A stretch of 64,000 nt of DNA from Candidatus Limnocylindrales bacterium (lineage in GTDB: Bacteria > Chloroflexota > Limnocylindria > Limnocylindrales > CSP1-4), in the NCBI GenBank assembly GCA_036558545.1, contig DATBFJ010000101.1, positions 364-64,363 on the forward strand. The letters run 5' to 3'. Position numbers and translations under genes: made by a program. Numbering within the stretch: position 1 is the first letter of the stretch; the number at the start of each line of letters is the position of its first letter. Below, piece after piece: positions 16,410 to 25,019 of the stretch. The notes under the pieces were generated by a model, which saw only the letters and a program-made list of their open reading frames with translations, was not told where the DNA came from and searched no databases.

Positions 16410-17633
16410 ATGTTCTACGTGAGCCGCGGCAACGTCCCGCACAAGCGCCACACTCAGCATCGCGCGCCGAACGGATCGCTCTATGCCGAGGAGCTGTTCG
16501 GCATGGAGGGCTTCACCGGTCGCTCCTCTTTGCTCTACCACCTGGTACCGCCGACGCGCACGCACAAGATCGAGCCGGTCCGTGACCTGAAGAACGAGGC
16601 GGTTGACGACGGCCTGCACCGTCATCGACTGGTCAAGACAGGCGCCGTGGCCCTCGGCGGCAACGTCATTGACGCGCGCATCCCGCTCTTCTTCAACAAC
16701 GACGTGCTGATGGGTGTCGTGCGCCCGACCGAGGGCCTGCCCGAAAACACCTTCTACAGGAACTCTGAAGGCGACGAGATGCTCTTCGTCCACGAAGGCA
16801 GCGGAGTCTTCGAGAGCAACTTCGGGCCGATGCGCTATGGGCCGGGCGACTACATAGTCATCCCGATCGGTACGACGTGGCGCCTGAACCAGGACGCAGG
16901 GCTGGACCATCGCATCCTGTACGTCGAGTCGCCTTCCGAGATCGTGCCCCCCAAGCGTTACCGCAACGAATGGGGCCAGCTGCTCGAACACTCGCCCTAC
17001 TCAGACCGCGATATTCGAATCCCGGAAGAGGTCCCGCCACACGACGAGGCCGGCGACTTCGTGGTGTGGGTTCGTGCCCGCGGCCGGTTGACGGCCTATC
17101 ACTTCATGCACCACCCGCTGGACGTCGTTGGCTGGGACGGCTACCTGTGGCCGTTCATCTTCAACATCGGCGACTTCGAGCCGATCACCGGGCGGATTCA
17201 CCAGCCGCCGCCGGTGCATCAGACGTTCGCCGGCCGGAATTACGTTGTCTGCTCGTTCGTGCCGCGCAAGTTCGACTATCACCCGCTGGCGATCCCGGCT
17301 CCGTACAACCACTCGAACATCAACTCGGACGAGGTCATCTACTACGTCGCGGGCAACTTCATGAGCCGCCGCGGCGTGGAGATCTCCTCGCTGACGCTTC
17401 ATCCGGCGGGGATCCCGCACGGGCCGCATCCTGGCACGGCCGAGGCTTCGATCGGCAAGGAAGGCACGGAGGAGCTGGCGGTCATGGTCGACACGTTCCA
17501 TCCGCTCAACATCACCACTGCAGCACGCCAGATGGAGGATGAGTCGTATCCGTATTCGTGGCTGCCGCCGGAGAACGCGGACGCCGACGCCCAGGCTCTT
17601 TCCGAGCGTGGGCCAGAGGCATTTCCGGACTGA
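16410..17633 (+). CDS. hmgA: homogentisate 1,2-dioxygenase
   Basis: MFYVSRGNVPHKRHTQHRAPNGSLYAEELFGMEGFTGRSSLLYHLVPPTR... cupin-type HGO N-terminus. Start ATG 16410. Confidence 0.85.
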   Translation: MFYVSRGNVPHKRHTQHRAPNGSLYAEELFGMEGFTGRSSLLYHLVPPTRTHKIEPVRDLKNEAVDDGLHRHRLVKTGAVALGGNVIDARIPLFFNNDVLMGVVRPTEGLPENTFYRNSEGDEMLFVHEGSGVFESNFGPMRYGPGDYIVIPIGTTWRLNQDAGLDHRILYVESPSEIVPPKRYRNEWGQLLEHSPYSDRDIRIPEEVPPHDEAGDFVVWVRARGRLTAYHFMHHPLDVVGWDGYLWPFIFNIGDFEPITGRIHQPPPVHQTFAGRNYVVCSFVPRKFDYHPLAIPAPYNHSNINSDEVIYYVAGNFMSRRGVEISSLTLHPAGIPHGPHPGTAEASIGKEGTEELAVMVDTFHPLNITTAARQMEDESYPYSWLPPENADADAQALSERGPEAFPD

Positions 17634-18127
17634 TGGCTGATATGGCCGCAAACGATGAGCTGATCGCTCGCATTGACGCCGCGGAGCGACGCCTCGCGGT
17701 GCTCGCCGAAGCCGACAGGCCCGGCGGGCTGACAGACCCGGACGAAGGTGGGACGGAGCGCTGGGAGGCGGGCCAGGTGTGGGCCCATATCGGCGAGTTC
17801 GTGCCGTACTGGCACCGCCAGATGCGCGTCGTCATTGACGCCTATCCGGGAACGCCGGCTTCGTTCGGCAGAACGCGAACCGATCCAGGTCGGATCAGTT
17901 CGATCGAGGCGAACCGTGACGTCCCGATCGCACAGCAGATGTCGGGCACCCACGCTGCGATCGTCGACTTCGTAAGTTACGCGAGCTCGTTGACGCCCGA
18001 AGAGTGGTCCGCCGTTGGTTTACACCCCGTGCGCGGCGAGATGACGGCTCATGACATCGCGGAGCGCTTCATCGTCGACCACCTCGAAGAGCACGCAGAC
18101 CAGCTCGACCGTCTTCAGCCCAGTTGA
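17633..18127 (+). CDS. DinB/MDMPI-like four-helix-bundle protein
   Basis: ATG overlaps the hmgA stop (TGATG). ...WEAGQVWAHIGEFVPYWH...DHLEEHADQL His-rich DinB-type motifs. Confidence 0.7.
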   Translation: MADMAANDELIARIDAAERRLAVLAEADRPGGLTDPDEGGTERWEAGQVWAHIGEFVPYWHRQMRVVIDAYPGTPASFGRTRTDPGRISSIEANRDVPIAQQMSGTHAAIVDFVSYASSLTPEEWSAVGLHPVRGEMTAHDIAERFIVDHLEEHADQLDRLQPS

Positions 18128-18783
18128 AGCTGCGCGTCGCGGTCGAGCGCGGCGACAAGAAATTCTTTGCGACTGCGGTCGATTGGCCGGGTTGGTCACG
18201 CAGCGGCAAATCGCGCGAAGAAGCCTTGGCTCGACTGGTTGAGTACTGCGAGCGCTACAAGGCGAGCATCGGCAACTCGGCGGGCAAGCTGACACCGCCG
18301 AGCTCGCCAGACGATCTCGTGGTGGTCGCCACGGCCAGTGGCGATAAGAACATCGACTACGGCGTGCCCCATTCGATCATGACGTTCGACCGCGAGAAGC
18401 TGACCGACCGTGACCTTGGGACCCAGATCAAGCTTCTGGAGGCCGCCTGGGCAGCGTTCGAGGAAGAGTCACTGACTGCCAAGGGCAAGACGCTCATCAG
18501 CGGCCCGCGAGGTGGCGGCAGAAGCGTGGCCAAGATGGTCGAGCACGTTAATGAGGCCGACCGCGCGTACATCGGTGCCCTCGGCGCCAAGACGCCCGCG
18601 GCCTCGCAGAGTCGTGCCGACGTGCACAAGGCGTTCATCGAGGCGCTGCACGCCAAGGTTCGCGGCGAGCTGCCTGAGAAAGGACCTCGCGGCGGCGAGC
18701 GCTGGCCTGCGCGCTATGCCATCCGCCGTTCTGCGTGGCACGCGCTGGATCATGCCTGGGAGATCGAAGACCGCTTGCCCTAG
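18124..18783 (+). CDS. HicB-like N-terminal domain fused to a DinB-like domain, hypothetical
   Basis: TTG start overlaps the previous stop. N-terminus LRVAVERGDKKFFATAVDWPGWSRSGKSREEALARLVEY resembles UPF0150/HicB. C-terminus ...MVEHVNEADRAY...AWHALDHAWEIEDR is DinB-like. Confidence 0.55.
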   Translation: MKLRVAVERGDKKFFATAVDWPGWSRSGKSREEALARLVEYCERYKASIGNSAGKLTPPSSPDDLVVVATASGDKNIDYGVPHSIMTFDREKLTDRDLGTQIKLLEAAWAAFEEESLTAKGKTLISGPRGGGRSVAKMVEHVNEADRAYIGALGAKTPAASQSRADVHKAFIEALHAKVRGELPEKGPRGGERWPARYAIRRSAWHALDHAWEIEDRLP

Positions 18784-18796
18784 GTTCGTGGGCAGG

Positions 18797-19765
18797 TCAT
18801 AGCCAGCGCTTGAAACGCGCGAAAAGAAGGATTCCCGTGGCCAGCACGAACATCGCCACTATGACGATCAGGAAGTTCTGTGGGTCGTCGAAGAAAGACG
18901 GCTTGAAGTTCATTCCCATGACGCCGGCAATGACCACCGCCGGCAGTAGGACGCTCGAGATTACGGTCAGGACGCGCATCACGTCGTTCGTCCGCTCACC
19001 CTGGCGCGAGATGACGATATCGAACGTGCCGACGAGCAGCTCACGGGCATTCTCGACGGCCTCGACAGCCTGGCGGAAACGATCGGCGATCTGCGGCCAG
19101 GCCGCGCTTTCCGAATCTCCGAGCACGAGGCCTGGCCGCTCCAGCGTGTAGAAGACCTCGCGCTGCGGACTCAGCGCGCGCCGCAGGATGGCGACTTCGC
19201 GACGCAAACCGACGAGATCGCCGATCAGGTTGTCGTCGGGCCGGGCCACGAGAGCGCGCGCATCGTATTCGTCGATGCGCCGCTCGATGCCTTCCACGGC
19301 ACGGAAATAGCCAGCCAGAATCGCGTCGAGAAGCACGGCGACGAAAGCCGCCTCATCGAGAGCGCCGAACTGAGTCTCCCCCTTGACCACCTCGAGCGGC
19401 ACGCCCAAGCCCTCGATCTCGCGGTCGTGGACACTGACGACGACGTTCGTCACGGCGAGCAGATCCACCGCCACCGGCCGCGGCGGATCTTGCGCCCCGG
19501 CTGCCAGCCCGATCACGGACAGGCGCACGTAGTCCTTGGCCTGGAGGAGGCGCGGTTGCGGGCGGGGTTCGGCAAGCGGCTCGAGCGCGCCAGTCAAACC
19601 GAGCGCGTTGGCCACGCGTGAAAGCTGTGCCGCGTCGCGGTCCATATCGATCCACAGCAGCTGGCTACCGCTGGGCATCGCCATCCCCGACTCGATGTCG
19701 ACCTCGCGGTCTTGCGCGTTGGAGTCGTAGAGACGGCCGACGAGTGCAACGACTTTGTGCGTCAT
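18797..19765 (-). CDS. corA: CorA-family magnesium/cobalt transporter
   Basis: The C-terminal two TMs carry GVMGMNF (GMN motif). Confidence 0.85.
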   Translation of the reverse strand: MTHKVVALVGRLYDSNAQDREVDIESGMAMPSGSQLLWIDMDRDAAQLSRVANALGLTGALEPLAEPRPQPRLLQAKDYVRLSVIGLAAGAQDPPRPVAVDLLAVTNVVVSVHDREIEGLGVPLEVVKGETQFGALDEAAFVAVLLDAILAGYFRAVEGIERRIDEYDARALVARPDDNLIGDLVGLRREVAILRRALSPQREVFYTLERPGLVLGDSESAAWPQIADRFRQAVEAVENARELLVGTFDIVISRQGERTNDVMRVLTVISSVLLPAVVIAGVMGMNFKPSFFDDPQNFLIVIVAMFVLATGILLFARFKRWL

Positions 19766-19871
19766 CGATGCCAGCGTAGAGACTGCAGCGGCCGAAGTTC
19801 GCGATGAATTCGCGAAGAGGACAGGCTTAAGAGTTACGGATTCGTGTCGAGCCGTGTCGCATCATCGCCAC

Positions 19872-20294
19872 ATGAAGAAGGCCTTCAACCGCGCCACGGA
19901 CGCAATCATCAAGGCCCTGGGCTCGCCGTTGGCACTGCTCGTGGCAGTCTTGGTGATCGCGGTGTGGGCTGTCACAGGTCCGATCTTTGGTTTCTCTGAC
20001 ACCTGGCAGCTCGTGATCAACACGGGCACGACGATCGTGACGTTCCTGATGGTCTTCGTTATTCAGAACAGCCAGAACCGTGATTCAAAGGCCGTCCACA
20101 TCAAGCTCGACGAGCTGATCGAAGCGATGGAGGGCGCGCGCAATCGGATGGCGCTTGCCGAGCAGGAGACTGACGAACAGCAGGAACGCGACCTGAAGCA
20201 GCTGGTGAAGATGGCGACGGCCGAGGAAGAAGCCGGTTCGAAAGCCGCGATAGCTGCCGCTTTGCCAGAGCAAGCGGCCGAAAAGGAGGGCTAG
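19872..20294 (+). CDS. low-affinity iron permease (Fet4-like) family protein
   Basis: ...FGFSDTWQLVINTGTTIVTFLMVFVIQNSQNRDSKAVHIKLDELI. Start ATG 19872. Confidence 0.8.
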   Translation: MKKAFNRATDAIIKALGSPLALLVAVLVIAVWAVTGPIFGFSDTWQLVINTGTTIVTFLMVFVIQNSQNRDSKAVHIKLDELIEAMEGARNRMALAEQETDEQQERDLKQLVKMATAEEEAGSKAAIAAALPEQAAEKEG

Positions 20295-20349
20295 CAACAA
20301 CGGCGAGTCGCTCGTTTTGCGCGCGATCCGGCGCTGGAGAACCCGGTCG

Positions 20350-20892
20350 CTACGCGCCGATTTGCATAACGGACTCGAACAGGATGTGACCGACCAAGAG
20401 GCTGGCAACGCCCAGGCCGATCACCACTACCACGACGTTCGCCGCGCGGAGTCGCACCGAAAGCGATGCCTCCGAGCCACCATCGATGTGCGTGAATCCG
20501 ATTCGAACGAGCGGCAGCGCCGCGAGCAGAGCTGCGAAAGCCGGACCCAGGACCAGCGCGAGGTCCAGGTAGCGCTGTGAGTTGAGCAGGTCATCGACAG
20601 GCGCCACGGTAGTTCGCAACGCAGCAAGCACGACGAGCGTGAGTGTTGGCACAAGCACGATCGCTCCCGCGACGGCCCATGCGGTCGGATGCCGCCAGGC
20701 AGGCGCAAAGATCATCGAGGTACCTCCCTTCAGCGCGACCCGGGCCGCGCGAATGCGTTCTGCGCTTCCGGCGCGGGCTATGTCGGCGGCGACGCGCGGA
20801 CTGACGCCCGTCTCAGAGACCAGGTCACTCAGCTCGTCGCCATACCGATCGCGCCATGCGGCCGGAAAAAAGCGCAGCAGCAGCCGTGTCAC
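20350..20892 (-). CDS. membrane protein co-transcribed with PadR
   Basis: Four hydrophobic segments. Its start overlaps the padR stop by 4 nt. Confidence 0.55.
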   Translation of the reverse strand: MTRLLLRFFPAAWRDRYGDELSDLVSETGVSPRVAADIARAGSAERIRAARVALKGGTSMIFAPAWRHPTAWAVAGAIVLVPTLTLVVLAALRTTVAPVDDLLNSQRYLDLALVLGPAFAALLAALPLVRIGFTHIDGGSEASLSVRLRAANVVVVVIGLGVASLLVGHILFESVMQIGA

Positions 20893-21197
20893 GCGCTCAT
20901 CCGGGCAACGCCCGCCTCCACCGCTCGCTGCAATGAAGCGAGTCGGTCATTGAGGCTTGTACGTCCGGCGGGCGTGAGCCGGTAAGGCCGCCGTCGCCCT
21001 TCAACGGGAAGTGGCTCGACTTTGCCTTCCGCTTCCAGTCGCGATAGCGCTCCGTAGAGCGTGCCGGGGCCGAGTCGAGTGCCGGCGAAGTGTTCGACAT
21101 CGAGCAACATGGCGTGGCCGTGCTTGGGCCCACTGGCCAGACTGATCATCAGCAACAAGCCAGGATCGTTGGGATTCTGGTTCTGGAAATCGGTCAC
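20889..21197 (-). CDS. PadR-family transcriptional regulator
   Basis: GPKHGHAMLLDVEHFAGTRLGPGTLYGALSRLEAEGKVE. GTG start. Confidence 0.85.
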   Translation of the reverse strand: MTDFQNQNPNDPGLLLMISLASGPKHGHAMLLDVEHFAGTRLGPGTLYGALSRLEAEGKVEPLPVEGRRRPYRLTPAGRTSLNDRLASLQRAVEAGVARMSA

Positions 21198-21240
21198 TAC
21201 TACGCGCTCCGTACTACGTGATGCGTAGTATTAGTCGTAG
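21198..21240. promoter_or_regulatory. repeated TACTACG/CGTAGTA motifs, candidate PadR operator
   Basis: TACTACG at 21198-21204 and 21212-21218, inverted CGTAGTA at 21224-21230, and a partial CGTAG at 21236-21240. All lie directly upstream of the padR start. Confidence 0.4.
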
Positions 21241-21252
21241 ATGGCGCGGACG

Positions 21253-22551
21253 TCAAGCAGCTTTTTTGCCGCGTCCCTCGTTCATGACGCTGAACAAGAT
21301 GAAGAACACGTTCTGGGGTCGCTCTGCCAAGCGGCGCATGTAGTACGGGTACCACTCGGTTCCGTACGGAACGTAAACGCGCACCGTCCACCCCAGGGCG
21401 ATGAGTCGCTCGTGGAGATCGCGACGGACGCCGTAGAGCATCTGAAACTCGAACCGGTCAGGTCCAATGTCGTGCTCGCGCGCGAAGGTGATCGCTTGCT
21501 CGATGATTGCCTCGTCGTGGGTCGCCAACGCGGGGTATTTGCCGTCCAGCAGCAAACGCTCCATCAGCTGCCTGTAGCTTTCGTCGACCTCCTGTTTGGT
21601 GGTGAACGCCACCGAGCCGGGCTCGTCGTAGGCCCCCTTGCACAGGCGCACGCGTGTTTGCGTGGCAATGAGCCGGTCGATGTCGTCAGCGGAGCGCCGC
21701 AGGTATGACTGAATCACGACGCCCACCTCGGAGTAGTCGTCGTGTAGTGTGCGGGCGATCTCGAGCGTCTGATCGGTCTTCGAGTGGTCCTCCATGTCGA
21801 CGCGCACGAAGGCGCCGATTTCGCGCGCCCGGCTCACCACGCGACGGACGTTCTCGAGACAGAAGATCGGATCTATCTCCAGTCCCATCTGCGTGAGCTT
21901 GAGTGAGACATTCGCCTCGAGATTTCGCGCAGCGAGGGCATCGAGCGTCGCGATGTAGCGATCGGCCGAGGCGGTTGCAGCCTCCCGCGAGTCGACCGAC
22001 TCACCCAGGACGTCTACCGTCCAGCGCATGCCCTGATCCTTGAGTGCCTCCAGGGCCGTGAGCGCGTCGTCGAGCGAGTCGCCGGCGACGAAGCGGTGAA
22101 CCATCCGACGAGTGAGCGGGATCGCGGTTGCGACGCTGCCCAGCGCGCGGCGGCGCGAGGCCCACAGAAAAAGGGCCTTCGACGTCTTGGCCGGCACCTG
22201 CCCGGGATGGAAGGCGGCAGCCTTGTCGCGGGCCTCCGCCTCGCGCCGCCGCTCCAGCTCCGCAGCGATCACCTCAACCGGGATTACGCCATCGAGAGTT
22301 CCATCGGGCTGCGTGTAGAGCCGGCAGCCAGTGTTGATGGGCAGGCTCGCCGGTGGACGCACGACGTCCATGCCGTCGATACGCAACGTCGGCGAACCAT
22401 GGAAGCCCAGGTCCGCCGCATCCTCGATGTCGCCGATGTAGACGCGCTCGATGTTTGGCGTGTGGCCGTTGTCAGATAGCGCGGCGCGGATGTTCTCTTC
22501 GGTCCGCTCGCTGTGCGGGCAGTCCTCGGTCGTCAGCAGCTCAACGCGCAC
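21253..22551 (-). CDS. proline dehydrogenase with an N-terminal thioredoxin-fold-like domain
   Basis: The C-terminal ~310 aa (RFVAGDSLDDAL...VDVLGESV...SLKLTQMG...VRVDMEDH...RLCKGAY...ATHD...FQMLYGV) form a monofunctional PRODH. The first ~110 aa (TTEDCPHS...GFHGSPTLRIDG...GCRLY) resemble small Trx-like proteins. Confidence 0.85.
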   Translation of the reverse strand: MRVELLTTEDCPHSERTEENIRAALSDNGHTPNIERVYIGDIEDAADLGFHGSPTLRIDGMDVVRPPASLPINTGCRLYTQPDGTLDGVIPVEVIAAELERRREAEARDKAAAFHPGQVPAKTSKALFLWASRRRALGSVATAIPLTRRMVHRFVAGDSLDDALTALEALKDQGMRWTVDVLGESVDSREAATASADRYIATLDALAARNLEANVSLKLTQMGLEIDPIFCLENVRRVVSRAREIGAFVRVDMEDHSKTDQTLEIARTLHDDYSEVGVVIQSYLRRSADDIDRLIATQTRVRLCKGAYDEPGSVAFTTKQEVDESYRQLMERLLLDGKYPALATHDEAIIEQAITFAREHDIGPDRFEFQMLYGVRRDLHERLIALGWTVRVYVPYGTEWYPYYMRRLAERPQNVFFILFSVMNEGRGKKAA

Positions 22552-22569
22552 GGTTGATGAGTATGAAGG

Positions 22570-23409
22570 TCAGTCTGCTGTGTCTGCTTCAAGATTGCGA
22601 CCGAGCTCCTCGGTACGCCGATATGCGGCCCAGACGGCCTCGCTCAAGACGGTACGCAGCCGGCCGGACTCGAGCTCGTGCAGGGCGGCTGCGCTCGTTC
22701 CGCCGGGAGAGGTGACCATGTTCCTGAGCTGAGCCGGGTGCATGCCGCTCGACTTGGCGAAGAGCGTGCTGCCCTCCAGAGTCTCGATGACAAGGTCATG
22801 CGCGATGTGCCGCGGAAAGCCCAGGTGGACGGCGGCATCAATCAGCGCCTCCATGACCAGGAAGACGTACGTGGGGCCGGTGCCTGAAACGGCCGTGGCC
22901 ATGGCCACGAACTTTTCGTCGTCGACCTCGAGCTGTTCGCCCAGCGTGTCCAGCAGCACGCGCGCCTGGTCGCGTTGTCCGCCAGTGACCTCCGGCGTGG
23001 CGTACCAGACGGTCACTCCCTTGCCCAGCTGGGCGGGCGTATTCGGCATGCCGCGCACGATCTGGCGGTGGCCGAGGGCATTGCTCAGAGCGGTCGTGGT
23101 CGCTCCGGCGATGACGCTGATCAGGAGTTGGCCGTCGTTGAGGCGGCCACGGAGCTCACGGCCCACACGGACGAGCATCTGCGGCTTGATCGCGAGGACG
23201 ATGACGTCGGCCTCTGCAACGGCCGCCGCGTTGTCTTCGACCGTGCCTATGCCATAGCTGCTGACGAGCTCATTTCGGCGATCGGCGCGCGGATGGCTGG
23301 CGACGATCTGATCGCGCGTGACCTGCTCACCACGGAGCAGGCCGGCAATCATGGCCTCGGCCATGACGCCCGACCCGACGGTTGCGATCCGTTTGCCGGC
23401 CAACGACAT
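22570..23409 (-). CDS. proC: pyrroline-5-carboxylate reductase
   Basis: IATVGSGVMAEAMIAGLL...GMPNTPAQLGKG...VSGTGPTYVF...VTSPGGTSAAAL. Confidence 0.9.
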   Translation of the reverse strand: MSLAGKRIATVGSGVMAEAMIAGLLRGEQVTRDQIVASHPRADRRNELVSSYGIGTVEDNAAAVAEADVIVLAIKPQMLVRVGRELRGRLNDGQLLISVIAGATTTALSNALGHRQIVRGMPNTPAQLGKGVTVWYATPEVTGGQRDQARVLLDTLGEQLEVDDEKFVAMATAVSGTGPTYVFLVMEALIDAAVHLGFPRHIAHDLVIETLEGSTLFAKSSGMHPAQLRNMVTSPGGTSAAALHELESGRLRTVLSEAVWAAYRRTEELGRNLEADTAD

Positions 23410-23419
23410 GCGCCGGAGT

Positions 23420-24130
23420 CTAAATGGCGGCGGTCGCTCGCCCCATCAGAAAGAAGCGTGGAGTTTGCTCAACGCTGGCCTCTGTGAAGCCGGCAGCAGT
23501 CAAGGCCGTCTCCATCTCCGCGGGCGTCCAGAAGATTTTGGTGATCGTGAACTCCCGGCCGTCGTTGAGGCGGCGCCTGGACAGGTCGTCCGAGGGAGTC
23601 GGGTGGTCTGTGGCGCTCGACTCGGGGTCGAGACGCGAATCGATGAAGGCGAGCGTGCCGCCAGGCTTGAGCCACGCCCTGCAGATGGCCAGAAACTCCC
23701 CGAGTCGAGCGCGCGGCACGTGACTCAGCCAGAAACCCATGAACAGACCGTCAACCGCGCGATCCGGCCATGCCCAAGCGTCCCGGACCTCAACGACGGC
23801 GGTCAGTCCAGCACCGGCGAGTCTGTCCCGTGCGATCGCAAGGGGCGCCGGATTGGCGTCGTAGATCGTCAGCTCGCCGCGTCGAGCGAGCAGTGGCGAC
23901 CACCAGCCCGTGCCCGCGGCGAGCTCGACGATGCTGCCGTGAAGCGGCAGCGACCCAATCCACGCGGCAGCACCTGCAAGCTCGGCAGTCCAGGCCGCGT
24001 CGGCGTCCGGGCCATGCGAGTAACGCCCGCGGCGCAGATACCAGTCGTCGTATTCGTCGGCGCGCGCCGCGTAGTAATCCCGTAGCGCCGTGTCGCTGGA
24101 TGTCGTCTCGTCGGCGCGCTCAGGCGGCAT
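23420..24130 (-). CDS. class I SAM-dependent methyltransferase (paralog A)
   Basis: ALRDYYAARADEYDDWY...VELAAGTGWWSPLLA...LKPGGTLAFID. Clearly paralogous to 25016-25915. Confidence 0.8.
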   Translation of the reverse strand: MPPERADETTSSDTALRDYYAARADEYDDWYLRRGRYSHGPDADAAWTAELAGAAAWIGSLPLHGSIVELAAGTGWWSPLLARRGELTIYDANPAPLAIARDRLAGAGLTAVVEVRDAWAWPDRAVDGLFMGFWLSHVPRARLGEFLAICRAWLKPGGTLAFIDSRLDPESSATDHPTPSDDLSRRRLNDGREFTITKIFWTPAEMETALTAAGFTEASVEQTPRFFLMGRATAAI

Positions 24131-25019
24131 AGCGCGCGAGCACCTCGTCGACGAGCAGCCGATCGGTCAGGTCGTGCGGTCTCGGCACATTGAAGTTTTT
24201 GCTCGTGATCACCGCAACGAGCTCCAGATCCGGAAACACGTGCACACGATTGCCGCCCATGCCGCTCATGTAGTACGAGTCGTGTCCGCCAAACGAGCGG
24301 AGCCACCAGAGATAGCCGTATTGGGTTCGCTCATCAATTCGTGCGTGGGCACGCGTCGACTCGCTGATCCATGAACTGGCAACGGCTCCGCGACCACCTT
24401 CGAGGTAGAGCATGCCGAGGTTCAGCCAGGCGCGGCTGGTAAGCATCAGGCCACCGGCCGCCGAATCTTCGTCGCGCGGTGTCCGCGGCCATCGATAACG
24501 CTCAACGCCCACGACCGGAAAGAGCCTGCGTTCTGCGTACCGCGACAGCCGCTCTCCGATCGTCGCGGCCAGCGCGACTCCAAGGAGCAGCACGCCCGCG
24601 GTGCAATAGCTGAAACCGACTCGATCGCGCACTGGAAGATCGAGCGCAAATTGAGCCCAGTCCCGGGACGGGTACATCAGATCTTCGTTTCCGGGAGACA
24701 TCTCATCCCAGTCGTTGCAATCCAGCGCGGAGCTCATCGTCAGCAACTGTTCGATGGTGATCGGCGCCTTGGCCGGGTCGATGGAGCGATCCGTCAGAAG
24801 GTCGCCCAACGAAACGTCGACACCACCGATCAAACCGTCGGCGATCGCGATGCCGACGAGCATGCCGAGGACGGTCTTGGCACACGACCGGGTGCTGTGC
24901 AGCGTGTCGAGGTCGCCTTCGAGATATTGCTCGTGAACGATCTCGCCGTGTCGACTCACCACGACGCTCGTGATTGCTCCGAATTCATGGAGGTCCATGG
25001 ATGCGCCGTGGCCGGTCAT
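24120..25019 (-). CDS. beta-lactamase-family serine hydrolase
   Basis: The S-x-x-K motif is in HSTRSCAKTVLGMLVGIAI. Its coding sequence overlaps both flanking methyltransferase genes (11 nt and 4 nt). Confidence 0.75.
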   Translation of the reverse strand: MTGHGASMDLHEFGAITSVVVSRHGEIVHEQYLEGDLDTLHSTRSCAKTVLGMLVGIAIADGLIGGVDVSLGDLLTDRSIDPAKAPITIEQLLTMSSALDCNDWDEMSPGNEDLMYPSRDWAQFALDLPVRDRVGFSYCTAGVLLLGVALAATIGERLSRYAERRLFPVVGVERYRWPRTPRDEDSAAGGLMLTSRAWLNLGMLYLEGGRGAVASSWISESTRAHARIDERTQYGYLWWLRSFGGHDSYYMSGMGGNRVHVFPDLELVAVITSKNFNVPRPHDLTDRLLVDEVLARYAA

